NCBI GenBank assembly: GCA_015075445.1
Contig: JABTUJ010000038.1
Span: 11,149 to 75,148, forward strand
Reading direction: 5' to 3'
DNA from: Verrucomicrobiales bacterium
GTDB lineage: Bacteria > Verrucomicrobiota > Verrucomicrobiia > Limisphaerales > J093
DNA length: 64,000 nt
Both the position numbers and the translations under genes were made by a program. This document shows, in pieces, positions 10,124-20,100 of this stretch. Numbering within the stretch: the first letter of the stretch is position 1; the number at the start of each line of letters is the position of its first letter. A model generated the notes under the pieces. The model ran no database searches. It worked only from the letters and a program-made list of their open reading frames with translations, and was not told the DNA's origin.

Positions 10124-11104
10124 ATGAGCTTTCACTCGTTCGGACGCCGCATCGACTACCTGCGCCTCTCGGTCACCGACCGGTGCAACGAGCGCTGTCT
10201 CTATTGTCGTCCCCATCAGTACGCCGGCTGGAACGGCGCCGCCGATCCCCTCACCGACACCGAACTGCTGCGCATCGTCCAGGTGGCCGCCTCGCTCGGC
10301 TTCCGCAAATTCCGCCTCACCGGCGGCGAACCACTCCTGCGGCCAGGCCTGGTCGACCTGGTCCACACCCTGGCCGCCACCCCCGGGGTCGAGTGCATCG
10401 GCATCTCCACCAATGGCCTGAAGCTACCCGCCCTCGCCGCCCCGCTCCGGCAGGCCGGTGCCCGCACGGTCAATGTGAGCCTCGACGCGCTTTCCCCGGC
10501 CGTTTACCGACGTATCACGGGCGGCCCGCTCGAGCCCGTCCTTGAAGGGATTCGCGCCGCCCTCACGGCGGGCTTCGAGTTCGTGAAACTCAACACGGTC
10601 CTCATGCGCGGCGTGAACGAGGACGAGATCTGGCCCCTGATCCGTTTCAGTTCGGAACAAGGGGTCCCGCTCCGCCTGATCGAGCTGATGCCGCTCACGT
10701 CGCGCGACGTCCTCACCCCGGCGAATTTCCTCGCGATCGGGGAGGTGATTCGGTGGTTGCGGCAGCGGGAGGAACTGGTCGCTTTGCCCGACGCGCGGCT
10801 GGGCCACGGCCCGGCCAAGTACTACCGGCTGGTCACGTCCGGCGCGATCGTCGGGTTCATCGGGGCGATGACCAACCAGCACTTCTGCGACACGTGCAAC
10901 AAGATGCGGCTCACCGCCGACGGCCGCCTGCGCCCCTGCCTCGGGCATCATGACGAGGTCAGCTTGCGCGACGCGCTGGCCGATACCTCGAGCGACGAGC
11001 CTTTGCGCGAGGTCTTCCGCCTGGCCCTGGCCAACAAGCCCTGGGAACACACCTTCCGCGACCAATACCGCCCCTGCCGGCCCATGACCGCCATCGGGGG
11101 CTAA
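10124..11104 (+). CDS. moaA: GTP 3',8-cyclase (molybdenum cofactor biosynthesis)
   Basis: YLRLSVTDRCNERCLYC, RLTGGEPLLR, FCDTCNKMRLTADGRLRPCL, C-terminal MTAIGG. Confidence 0.95.
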   Translation: MSFHSFGRRIDYLRLSVTDRCNERCLYCRPHQYAGWNGAADPLTDTELLRIVQVAASLGFRKFRLTGGEPLLRPGLVDLVHTLAATPGVECIGISTNGLKLPALAAPLRQAGARTVNVSLDALSPAVYRRITGGPLEPVLEGIRAALTAGFEFVKLNTVLMRGVNEDEIWPLIRFSSEQGVPLRLIELMPLTSRDVLTPANFLAIGEVIRWLRQREELVALPDARLGHGPAKYYRLVTSGAIVGFIGAMTNQHFCDTCNKMRLTADGRLRPCLGHHDEVSLRDALADTSSDEPLREVFRLALANKPWEHTFRDQYRPCRPMTAIGG

Positions 11105-11165
11105 GGTCACGCCGCGAGCGCCGAAGCTGGGAAACCGCGACAGACGGTAGGCTCCGACCCTGACG

Positions 11166-11312
11166 AAAAGCGGCGGTGAACCGCGCGCACTCCAGACGCT
11201 GCGCGACCTCCACAGCGTCCGACATGCGCAACGCGTTTGGAGTGCGGCGACTTCCAGCGGCGCTTTTCGTGCCCCCCGCCCCTTCTCCCGTTACGCAAAG
11301 CGGCGGTCAACC
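11166..11312. repeat. REP cluster family A (AAAGCGGCGG..CGCACTCC / GGAGTGCGGCG..CGCTTT)
   Basis: Inverted REP pair 11166-11207 and 11226-11267; third unit from ~11297 is interrupted by the IS and continues at 14755; related copies at 14806-14850 and 32739-32781. Confidence 0.75.
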
Positions 11313-11434
11313 GTGTTGCTTCGGCAAGCGTGCCGGTGCCCAAAATTTCCAGGCGCGGGGTCTGAAAGGCCGCACGCAGCGGGCGCGCGGGCCATGGCAG
11401 GTCGATGGCTCTGGACGCGGGGGTGGCGGGCGAC

Positions 11435-12997
11435 TCAACTGGAGTCGAGGGCCTGGAGGCTCTGCTGGTAGTTCAAGGCAGCCAGGCCGCAGGGTGGTTG
11501 AGCACGGCTTTGGCGTGGTCGTGGAGGGCCTGGAAGTAGACGAAGGGGTTGGCGCCGGCCAGGCGGCAGGTGTGGATCAAGCTCATGAACAGGTCGCCCA
11601 CGCGGGCCCGTTCTGCGTTTTGTAGCCCAGCGAGTTCTTCCGATGGAGGATGGCCGCCTTCAGCGCTCGCTCACAGATGTTATTGGACAGCGGGGCTCCC
11701 GGCTCCCGCAGGAACAGGGTGAGCGGTTCCCAGCGCTTGAGCATGTAATGGATGGCTTCACCGAGGCCGGAGTTGGGTTCGACCACTTTCTGCTCCAGTT
11801 GTTCCCGCATCCATTGTTTGAGGCCCTCCAGGATCGGCGCGCTCTTTCCTGGTGCAGGCGTAAACGATCGGTCGCCGAGAGTTGCTGCTCTTTGGCCTGG
11901 GCGTCATGCTGGAAGACCAGCGCGAGGTCTTCCAGGACCTTTGGCACTGCTCGGGAAAGTTCTCCTTCGTCGACGAAGGTCCTCCGTCCGTGCGGTAGGC
12001 AGTTGGCCAGCAGGGCTTCGAAGTCTTTAGGCAGGTTGCGCGAGAGCCCGTCACATGTGAATGGCTTGGCCAGCCAGGGGCCCGGTGTTGGAGCAGTTCG
12101 GTGAGGTTTTCCCCGGCGTGGTTGCCGCCGGTGAAATAGAGGGCGATGCAGCGATCCTCGACTTGGCAGAGGATACTGGTGGTGAAGATGCCCGTGCGCT
12201 CGCATCCCGCCTGGGCGCGCTCCCGCTTGAGGCTCTGGATGCGCATCTTGGTGTCATCATTGTGGATGAGCTGCGCCTGGGCGGCCAGCCGGGTGAGTTC
12301 CTGGTGAGCCGGCTGCGGGTCGCGGGCGGATTGTTCCATCAACTCCCATTGCGTGGCGGCCGGCAAGGGATCCCCAAGTCCCTTTGCAGCTTCTCCAGTC
12401 GGTAATGCGGCATACCCCACCAAAGCGCAGGATCCCGATCATCAACCCCACGTTGGGATCGTGGCGAGTGGTTCCGCCTCCGGCGGCGCCGGGGGCCGTA
12501 AAGGTTTTGCCGCACAGGCAACAGCGCAACACCTGCAGGGCGAAGACCGTGGCCTGGACTATCGGCTGCGCCACAATGCGCACAATCCGGCTGGGGCCCG
12601 TTCCGCAGCCGGGCCTTGTCGTTACGGCACTCCGGACAACGATCTCCCGGTTGCAGGCTGGGATGGGCCACCTGGACGCGCCCTGCGCCCGCATACTGGC
12701 TGGCCCCGTTGCGACCGTGCCCGCGCACCGGCCGCTTGGGGAACCGCTGGGCTCGTGCCACCCTGGCCGGGAAACACGTTCCGGGTCTTTTCAGTCTTGG
12801 CCCCAAAGATCAACCGCTGCAACCGCCCCACCGTCGCGTTCTTCTTCTCGATGACTCCCATCAGCCACTGCAGCGTGCCCAACAAGGCCGCCACCGTCTC
12901 ATACAAGGCTGCCGGCAGGTGCTGCTGGAGCTGGACCAGCAGCTCTGCAATTGCCCCGATCGAGCGAAGTGATTTCCGGCGCCCGGGTCTTACTCAT
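11435..12997 (-). pseudogene. tnpC: IS66 transposase TnpC, frameshifted
   Basis: Fragments RLQRLIFGAKTEKT, LIHNDDT, CLPHGRR.F, EPNSGLGEAIHYMLKRWEPLTLFL..PLSNNICERALK. Confidence 0.85.
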
Positions 12998-13874
12998 GAC
13001 CCTGAGCCCAGGCGGGCGCGAAAGTCACCGCCCAACGGGTAGACCCACAGCTCTTTGCGCGGTTGATCCCGTCGGCTGGTGCGGGCGTTGTGACCGCGGC
13101 CCGTGGTCAGTCCCAAGCAGATCCAGTTGGCGGCGCGGTAACAGCTCCCCTGGAAACGGGCCGGGTCGATGAACGTTTCCAACAGATGAATCGGATGGGC
13201 GTAGAGCGCTCGCCAGTCCGCGGAGATCCGGCGCGCGATCCGCCCCAGGAGGTGGCTGGCCAACCGCGGCACCTCCAGCCAAGGCATGATCAGGGAAGCG
13301 GGTATTGTAGCCGATGAGGTGGAGGTGCTGGCGGCGCACCTCGGGCCGCCAGCCGATGAACCGGTCGCGCGCGGCCAGGTGGCGCGGCGCCGACGACCAG
13401 GCCATCGCCGCGATCGGCTCGCTGCCGGCCAACACGAGGTACTTCAAATGTTCCCCAACGGGCTGGGTGTAGCGCAGGTAGTGGTGGGTCTGCATCAACT
13501 GACCAAAGAGGGCTCTTGGGCCGTGCGCCGCACCTGGCGGATCTCCAGGCGCCCAGTTCACGCAAGCGGCATTGCCGCGGCCCTTCCACAGCGGCAGGAC
13601 GGGGCGGGGGCCGGCGCTCCACCACATTGTTGGGTGGGGACATCCGTTTGGCCGGCAACTCAATCAGCCCGGCCCGATGCAGTTGCAGTAACAAGCTGCG
13701 GCAAACCATGTCGCGCAACGCGCCGTTGGGCTGGATCCAGTTCCAGGCCCGGCACAGCTCGGCCGAGAGCCGACGGCGACTCCAGAGCGGGTTCTGGGCG
13801 ATCAGACCCTGGATGAACGCAGTGTCTTCAGCGCGGATTTCCCGGCCACGGTAGCGGAGCAAAACCAACGACAT
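12994..13874 (-). pseudogene. DUF4338 (Druantia DruA-like) domain passenger gene, frameshifted
   Basis: RYRGREI..SRRRLSAELC..W.QPNG.LRDMVCR.LLL.L; HHYLRY..VGEHLKYLV; LASHLL..LLETFIDPARFQGSCYRAANWICLGLTTGRG; stop overlaps tnpC start (ATGA). Confidence 0.8.
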
Positions 13875-13930
13875 GCCCCGGAGTGTAAGGGGCCAATCCT
13901 GGAACGCAGGGACGATCGCCGGTTTTCGGT

Positions 13931-14291
13931 TTACCCGGCCACCGGCACCGCGCGCCACAGCGGCGCCGCCACCGCACCGGACGGATCGCCATTCCAGAGC
14001 AACAGGTGCAGTTGATGGGGCTCAAGCGCAGGGCGGCACTGGCGCCGGGCTTGGGCCAGCCACCGAAGCGGCCTTGCGAGAGTCGTTTCTGGCAACACCA
14101 GTAGCCTTGGCCGTCATAGGTCAGGCACTTGATGGCGTGGCCACGCCGCGACCGGAAGACGAACAGCGCCCCGGTTTGCGGGTCGCTACCAGTGCCTGAC
14201 GGCACAGCGCAGCCAGGCCATCGATGCCGCGGCGGAAATCCACCGGTTCGACGGCCAGCAAAATGCGCATCTGCGGGGTGATCTGGATCAT
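13931..14291 (-). pseudogene. tnpB: IS66 accessory protein TnpB (Orf2), frameshifted
   Basis: MIQITPQMRILLAVEPVDFRRGIDGLAALC..FVFRSRR..IKCLTYDGQGYWCCQKRLSQGRF. Confidence 0.88.
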
Positions 14292-14674
14292 GCTCGCCTC
14301 CAGAACGCTTGGCCACCCCACCACCGTCGCCGGATCGCACGGGAACTCCAGCGTCATCTTGGCCCCCTGCCGATCGGACAACTCAATGTGGCACCCGGTG
14401 GTGACTTGGGGCGGCCGCTGGCGGGGCTCAACTCGACAAAGGTCGGCGGTGCGCTGGACCACCCGCGAGGGATGCCTGGGGCAACTGTCGTTTCAACTTG
14501 CTGTAATCCAGACGCAGGGCACGAGCCACCGGCCCACCCCGTGGGTCGCGGCCAAAGTGGCCGCCGAGCTCCAGAGGGCTTGAGTCGCGTGGCTCCAGCT
14601 TGGGACTGGCGCCAACGGTCTAACTGGTCGCGTAGCTCAGACAGATCGGTCGACGAGAATTTCGTTTGTGGCAT
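14288..14674 (-). pseudogene. tnpA: IS66 TnpA-like HTH protein, frameshifted
   Basis: LRDQLDRWRQ..; PTFVEL; CHIELSDRQGAKMTLE; position immediately upstream of tnpB. Confidence 0.6.
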
Positions 14675-14754
14675 AGGTCGGTTCGTTGCGGTTGTCTGCC
14701 TCGAACCGTAGCCGCGGCGGTTTTACCCTTCACGCACTCTTGCCGAAGCAACAC

Positions 14755-14903
14755 GGTCAACCGCACGCACTCCACACGCTCCGCGACCTCCCCACCCCCC
14801 GGCAGGCGCAACGCGTTTGGAGTGCGGCGACTTCCAGCGGCGCTTTTCGTCAGCCGCGTTGCAGCGGTGCTTCCCCCGAACGCCTCCTGACGTCGGCGCC
14901 TAC
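14755..14903. repeat. Remainder of REP family A cluster plus one GTAG-type REP
   Basis: ccgcacgcactcc (14761), gcgcaacgcgtttggagtgcggcgacttccagcggcgcttttcgt (14806-14850, same as 11226-11270), gcctcctgacgtcggcgcctac (14882-14903). Confidence 0.75.
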
Positions 14904-14924
14904 AGCGGCTAAAGGATTCCCCGG

Positions 14925-15398
14925 CTAGACCTGCGCGAGGATGGCCACGTAGTTCTTCCCGTGCTTCCGGGCGCAGTTCGGGCAGGTCGTGTAGTAGAAA
15001 TACAGTCTCTGGAGGTTCCGGCCCTGGCTCTGGACGAACTGCTTCATCTCCTCAATCCATTTCCGCATGTTCCGGTAAGGCCCCTCAAAGACCTTGCAGA
15101 GAAACGTCCCCGACAGGCTTGCCATGTTCGCGCCGGGGATCTCCTTGGTCACCTCGAGGTAAACATCCGCACCCCACAGGGAGTTCTCATCGGCCAGGAT
15201 GACCATGTGCTCCGGTCTGGCACCGGCCGCTTCAATCCGGCCGACGTTCCGCTTCATGACCGCGCCGAAATTCAGCGGGACGTGGAGGAAGCTGGTGACC
15301 CGATCCTTCACGAACCGCTTGTCCTGCCACTGCAATTCCTTGCCGTCCCACGGGGGGATCAAACCGGGGACAACATTCAGGGGAGGGTTCTGTGCTCA
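14925..15398 (-). CDS. Small conserved protein (GyrI-like 'hydrolase' family) with a frameshift in a G-run near 15352-15357
   Basis: MSTEPSPECCPRFDP in one frame joins PWDGKELQWQDKRFVKD..FEGPY..YFYYTTCPNCARKHGKNY in another. Confidence 0.65.
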
Positions 15399-15520
15399 TG
15401 GTTGAACGGCGTCGTGGCCTGCTAGCCATCGACTACCGGGCAACGTAATCGAGCCGGGTTGACGGGAGAAGCCAGAAATAGTTGCGCGATTCGGGCAACG
15501 ATCCTCCGCCACGACTCCGT

Positions 15521-15710
15521 CTTGCTCCTGCTCTTGCTCGGTGCTCTTGCCTTGCTCTTGCTCTTGCTCTTGCTCTTGCCCTCAGCTGCCGCCGGATGAT
15601 GGGTGTGGGCGCGTTTCCTCGCGCAGTCAACGTCGAGATTCGTAGCGTGTTCATGCGGGATCGGACCGGAGCAAGAGCAAGAGCAAGAGCAAGAGCAAGA
15701 GCAGGAGCAG
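15521..15710. repeat. Inverted pair of hexamer arrays (CTCTTG)n ... (GAGCAA)n around an ~88-bp spacer
   Basis: Arrays at 15521-15580 and 15669-15710 in opposite orientation. Confidence 0.8.
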
Positions 15711-15830
15711 GAACCTTGCGCCGGGCAGTGGACTCGGGCATTCGAGGCCTTTCCTGAGAACGCGCCGAGATTAGCGCCAAGAGAGAAGGCGGAGGATTCG
15801 CGGGAAACGTCCATCCCCCACGCACCAAGC

Positions 15831-15856
15831 AAAAGGGGCGCCTCACGGCGCCCCTT
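15831..15856 (-). terminator. Rho-independent terminator after the isomerase gene
   Basis: Minus strand AAGGGGCGCC-GTGA-GGCGCCCC-TTTT, 26 nt downstream of the stop codon at 15882. Confidence 0.65.
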
Positions 15857-15881
15857 GTCAGCGAAAGGATCTGCGGGGTCT

Positions 15882-16913
15882 TCAGGCCCCCATGCCGTCC
15901 TCGAAGGATCCGGCGGCGGCGGGCCAGCAGAGGTGATCGCGCACGAAGGCGATGCCGTTGGCGCTGGTGTAGTCCAGGTCCTTGTGGGCGCTTTCGGCCT
16001 CGACCACAAGCGGGGCGGTCGGACGGCCCATGACCTGCTTGTAGCGGGCCGGGTAGCCAATCTGAATGAGCAACTCGGCGTACCGCTGCATGTTGATGTC
16101 GCCCGACGGCAGGTCCACGAACTGCATCCCGCGCTGCGGCCAGTTGCCGTTCATCATGCGGAGCGGGAAGCCGGGACGGATGACGAAGTTCTTGATGTGC
16201 GCGGCGTAAACGCGGGGCCCGACCTTCAGGAACCGGGTCTCCCAGCTTTCCCCTTCCCAGCAGTGGCTCGGGTCGGCGTTGACCGCGAGGCATTTATCGC
16301 CGTCGCAGATGCTGACGAGCATGTTGAAGTCGTCGGCGCACATGGCGCCGGTGCCCGGGTGGATCTCGTGGCACAGCACGATCCCGCGGTCGTTGGCGGC
16401 CTGGCGGATCTTGGCGGTCTTCTTCACGAACCGCTCCTGGCCTTCCTTGATGAGGTCGAAGTCTCCGCCAGCCCAGAAACCCCACGGATAACCGCTGGCC
16501 ACTTCCCAACCGAACGCCACGCCCCAGAAGGTCGGGAGGACCTTGACGCCCAACTCGATGGCGAGGTCGAACAACCGGAGGAGGTAATCCTCCGCCCAGG
16601 CCTCGATCTTCTCCGGTGCGAGCTTGGCCACGTCGGCGGGAATGAACGGCCGGATGCTCGGGCTGCCGGTCCAGGCGGTGGTGTGCACCCACAGCGGGCA
16701 GTGGCAGGAGATGCCGTCGAGGCTCAGACCGGCCTTCGCAAAGGTCTCCTTGATTTCCGCAGCGCTCTTGAAGCCGGAAGCCCCCTGCAACATGTAGTTG
16801 GACGGCTGGGCACCCGCGGCGCCGGAACGCTTCGCGTACGCGAGGAAATCGGCGAGGGATTTGGCGCCGTGCTGGGCGCCTTCGATCGAGGCATGATAAA
16901 CAGGTTGTGCCAT
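15882..16913 (-). CDS. Sugar phosphate isomerase/epimerase (xylose isomerase-like TIM barrel)
   Basis: HEIHPG, VNADPSH, AHIK, GDIN, VEAE metal-binding motifs. Confidence 0.85.
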   Translation of the reverse strand: MAQPVYHASIEGAQHGAKSLADFLAYAKRSGAAGAQPSNYMLQGASGFKSAAEIKETFAKAGLSLDGISCHCPLWVHTTAWTGSPSIRPFIPADVAKLAPEKIEAWAEDYLLRLFDLAIELGVKVLPTFWGVAFGWEVASGYPWGFWAGGDFDLIKEGQERFVKKTAKIRQAANDRGIVLCHEIHPGTGAMCADDFNMLVSICDGDKCLAVNADPSHCWEGESWETRFLKVGPRVYAAHIKNFVIRPGFPLRMMNGNWPQRGMQFVDLPSGDINMQRYAELLIQIGYPARYKQVMGRPTAPLVVEAESAHKDLDYTSANGIAFVRDHLCWPAAAGSFEDGMGA

Positions 16914-17053
16914 AAGACTGGGTCTTCGTTGAATTGCGTTTCGATGAATTGGCCCACCCGGATTCCGACCGGTGAAGCGGGCGGACTCTAGCCCCCGGCC
17001 GGAAGCCCGGGCAAGCCCAGACTTCCCGGCGCGCATTGAACCCGCGACCGACC

Positions 17054-17126
17054 GTAGGCGCCGACGTGAGGAGGCGAGGTCGCGTTGCCCCCAGCGGCCC
17101 CAAAGCCTCCTCACGTCGGCGCCTAC
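17054..17126. repeat. GTAG-type REP doublet (REPIN-like)
   Basis: GTAGGCGCCGACGTGAGGAGGC (17054-17075) and its perfect inverse at 17105-17126. Confidence 0.85.
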
Positions 17127-17130
17127 AAAC

Positions 17131-20100
17131 CTAAGGGATCACCACCCGGTAGTAGCGCATCGGCGCCCCCAGCGGCTCCGCGTAGCGCATCACGTCCGTC
17201 AGCGCCACCGCCTCCCCAAGCGCCAGCCACGCTTGACCCGCCAGGGCCGGCGCGCCTTCAACCCGATACCGGACGCCCGGAACGCTCGCCCATTCGAAGC
17301 TGAGACCGGCTTCGGCACCCAGCCCCAGCCCGACGATCACAGGCACCGGCACCTGCCGGTTGGGCTCGCCGGGTGTGGGGCGATCCAGCACCGCACGGAT
17401 CAGGCCCTGTCCGTCCGGCAACGAACCATAGGAGGTGTCCGCTCCGAGCATCGGCAGGCGCACGTAGTCCACCACCGCGGGCGCTCCCGCCTGGGTCCGG
17501 ACCAGCGCCAGCACGCTGCCGTTACCCAGGCGGAAACCCGTGTGGACCTCGGCACCGGCCGTCTCAGCGGGTTCGCCGTCAGCCCACAGCAGCCGATACC
17601 CCATGGGTTCGAGCGCGAAGCCGGCGGGGAACCCCCAGCGGGTCAGATCGGTGAGGATATCGGTCAAGTACCAGCCGTCGAGGGAGGTGGGGAACGGGCT
17701 GGCGTTGACCAACTCGATCCACGGCTCGCGCTCGCCTGCACCGTCCAACGGACCCGCGTTGTTCACCGCCAACAGCTCGTTGAGAAAGACGGGTGGAAAC
17801 GGCGGCAAGGTCTGGGCCAGGGAGTTGGCCCCACCGGGCGTGGCGGGCGCCGCCACGCCCTCAACCTCGAGGTCCATGCCCCAGACAATGTCCGAACTGC
17901 CAGGGCTGTTCTGGTGTACCTCGACCGCGACAACGTTGGTCCCGGACCGCAACGCGGCTCCCTCGACGACCATCGGTCCCTCCAACGCCGCGTCGCTGAC
18001 CACCCGGTCGGCCGGACGGTCGAAGGTGATCTCGCCGGTCTCGCCGAACCCGACGCGTAACAGCTCGCGGCCATTGAGGTAGATGGCGGCGGCGTCATCC
18101 ACGACCGTATTCACCTTGAGCCGCACCCCGCTCGTGGGGCCCTCGTACCGGAACGTGGTGCGGAAGTAGAAGGTCAGCGGACCGAGGGTGAGCGGCGTGT
18201 GCTTCGGGAACGGCAACGCCGCGCCTTCCACGTACAGCAAGGCGCGCCCGGAAGGCCAACGGCTGTCGTCGTAGCCCGGTTCGCGCCAGGCGATGCCCAG
18301 ATCCGTGCCCGACTGCTCGTAGCGCCACAGGTTCGTCATCACCAGCAGCGGTCGGGACTCGACCAGACCGAGGGAAGCGACGGCGGCCCAATTGCCGACC
18401 CGGGCGTTGTCCTGCCAGGCATCGATCAACTGCAACGAACCGCCCTCACCGTTGGCCGCTGCGGGCCAGGGCAGGTCGGCCTCAAAACGCACTTCATCGA
18501 TGAGTTCGCCCGGGGCGATGCCCCCAAGGCGGCGGAGGCGCACGGTGTCACCTTCCTTGCCGAGTCGGCCCGTCCACTCGCCCGCCACGGCGAGCCCGCT
18601 GCCATACACAGCCTCGAAGGCGCGGCGATCCTGCACCACAACCAAGAAGCCACCCGGGTCGAGGGTCATCCCCGCCGGGAAGTCAAAGGCGAGATCGCCC
18701 GCCGTGAGTTGGACACCGTCCAGGTCGACGCCGGCGCGGGACGAGTTGTTGAACAACTCGATGAACTCCGTGGCGTTCGTCCGCGGGCGGTACATGATCT
18801 CGTTGATCACGAGGTGCGGCTGCGCTTCCACGACCAGGCGAAAACTCCGCTCGGCCAACCGGGCCCCCGGACCGTCGTCGGTCACCCGCACGGTCACGTC
18901 ATGGGTGCCCGGACCCGCGTCCGGTCCCACGGACCAACTCAGCCAGCCCGTCTCCGGGTGGACAGACATCCCGGAAGGCGCGCCGGCGGCCAGGGCGAAG
19001 GCGAGGTTCTGCGGGGGCAGATCGACATCGAAGGCCACCGCCTGGACGGCGAACGTCTGGCCTTCGCGCAGCGAGTGGTCGGCGATCGGAAGCAGCGTGG
19101 GCGCCTGGTTCACTTCGGTCACGTGCACGTTCACCCGCACCGTTCCCTCGCGCACCGGGCTTCCGTTGTCCACGGCGCGGAGGAGAAAGCTCAAGGCCGC
19201 CGGGCCGTCGGCCTCCGTTGGCCTCCAGCGGAATTCCCCCGTGTGCGCGTCAAGCGCGGCTCCGGGAGGCGCGTCGGGGCCGAGCTCGTAGCGCACCGTC
19301 TGGTCGGGATCAGGGTCGCGGGCGCGGACGGTGAAGGTGAGGAGGTCGTCTTCGGCGACGGTCTGGTCCGGCAGCGGATCGAAGGTCGGCGGCCGGTTGG
19401 CGCCGGCCAGGACGTTCGGCCCGCGCGGGGTGGGCGCTGCCATCGCGTACGGCGGCAATCCCGCACCGTCGGGGAAACGTCCCTCGCTCACGTCATTGGT
19501 CTGCGGGCCGAAGACGACGCTGTCGACCAACGAACCGTCCGGTGCGAACAACCCGATCGCCTCGCCGGCCAGGGCGAGCCGGAAATTGGCATGCAGGTCC
19601 TGGCCCAGGGCGTTCTGACTACCCTCCTCATCGGCCCACACCAGCAAGAAACCGCCGGCCGGAAGGATGACGCCCGGCGGGATGGTGTACTTGGATGGGT
19701 TGTCGAGATTGTCGGTCAGCGTGAAGCCGGCGAGGTCAACGGCGTTCGGCCCGGCGTTGTAGAGCTCGAACCAGTCGTCGAAATCGCCGTCGGCCGGGTC
19801 GGCCACCACCCCGGTATTGCCGGCCATCCATTCGTTGATCCGGACGAGCACCGGGGGCGGACTCAAGCGATTGGGCAGCGCGGGGGTGGGTTCGTGAAAC
19901 ACCTGCCGGGCCTGCGGATCGCCCTCCGGGAAGGAGCCGTAGGAGCTGTCGGCGGCGAGGTTCACGTAACTCACGGCATCCAGCACGAAGGTCCGGCCCT
20001 GGGACTGCCAGGCCAGCACCACCGTGCCTTGCAGGCGGTTGAGTCGGAACGCGGCGTGCAGGTCGGTGCTGCTGGTCTGTTGCGGTTGCGCATCCGCCCA

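Larger units (their letters stand above)
11313..14754 (-). mobile_element. IS66-family-like insertion sequence, 3,442 bp, four genes (tnpA, tnpB, DUF4338, tnpC), multiply frameshifted
   Basis: Terminal IRs GTGTTGCTTCGGCAAG (11313..) / CTTGCCGAAGCAACAC (..14754); 8-bp direct repeat GGTCAACC at 11305-11312 and 14755-14762. Confidence 0.9.

Noticed and set aside
12994-13874. Complete Druantia defence system
   Set aside because: Only a DUF4338 domain inside an IS; no DruE helicase or other dru genes
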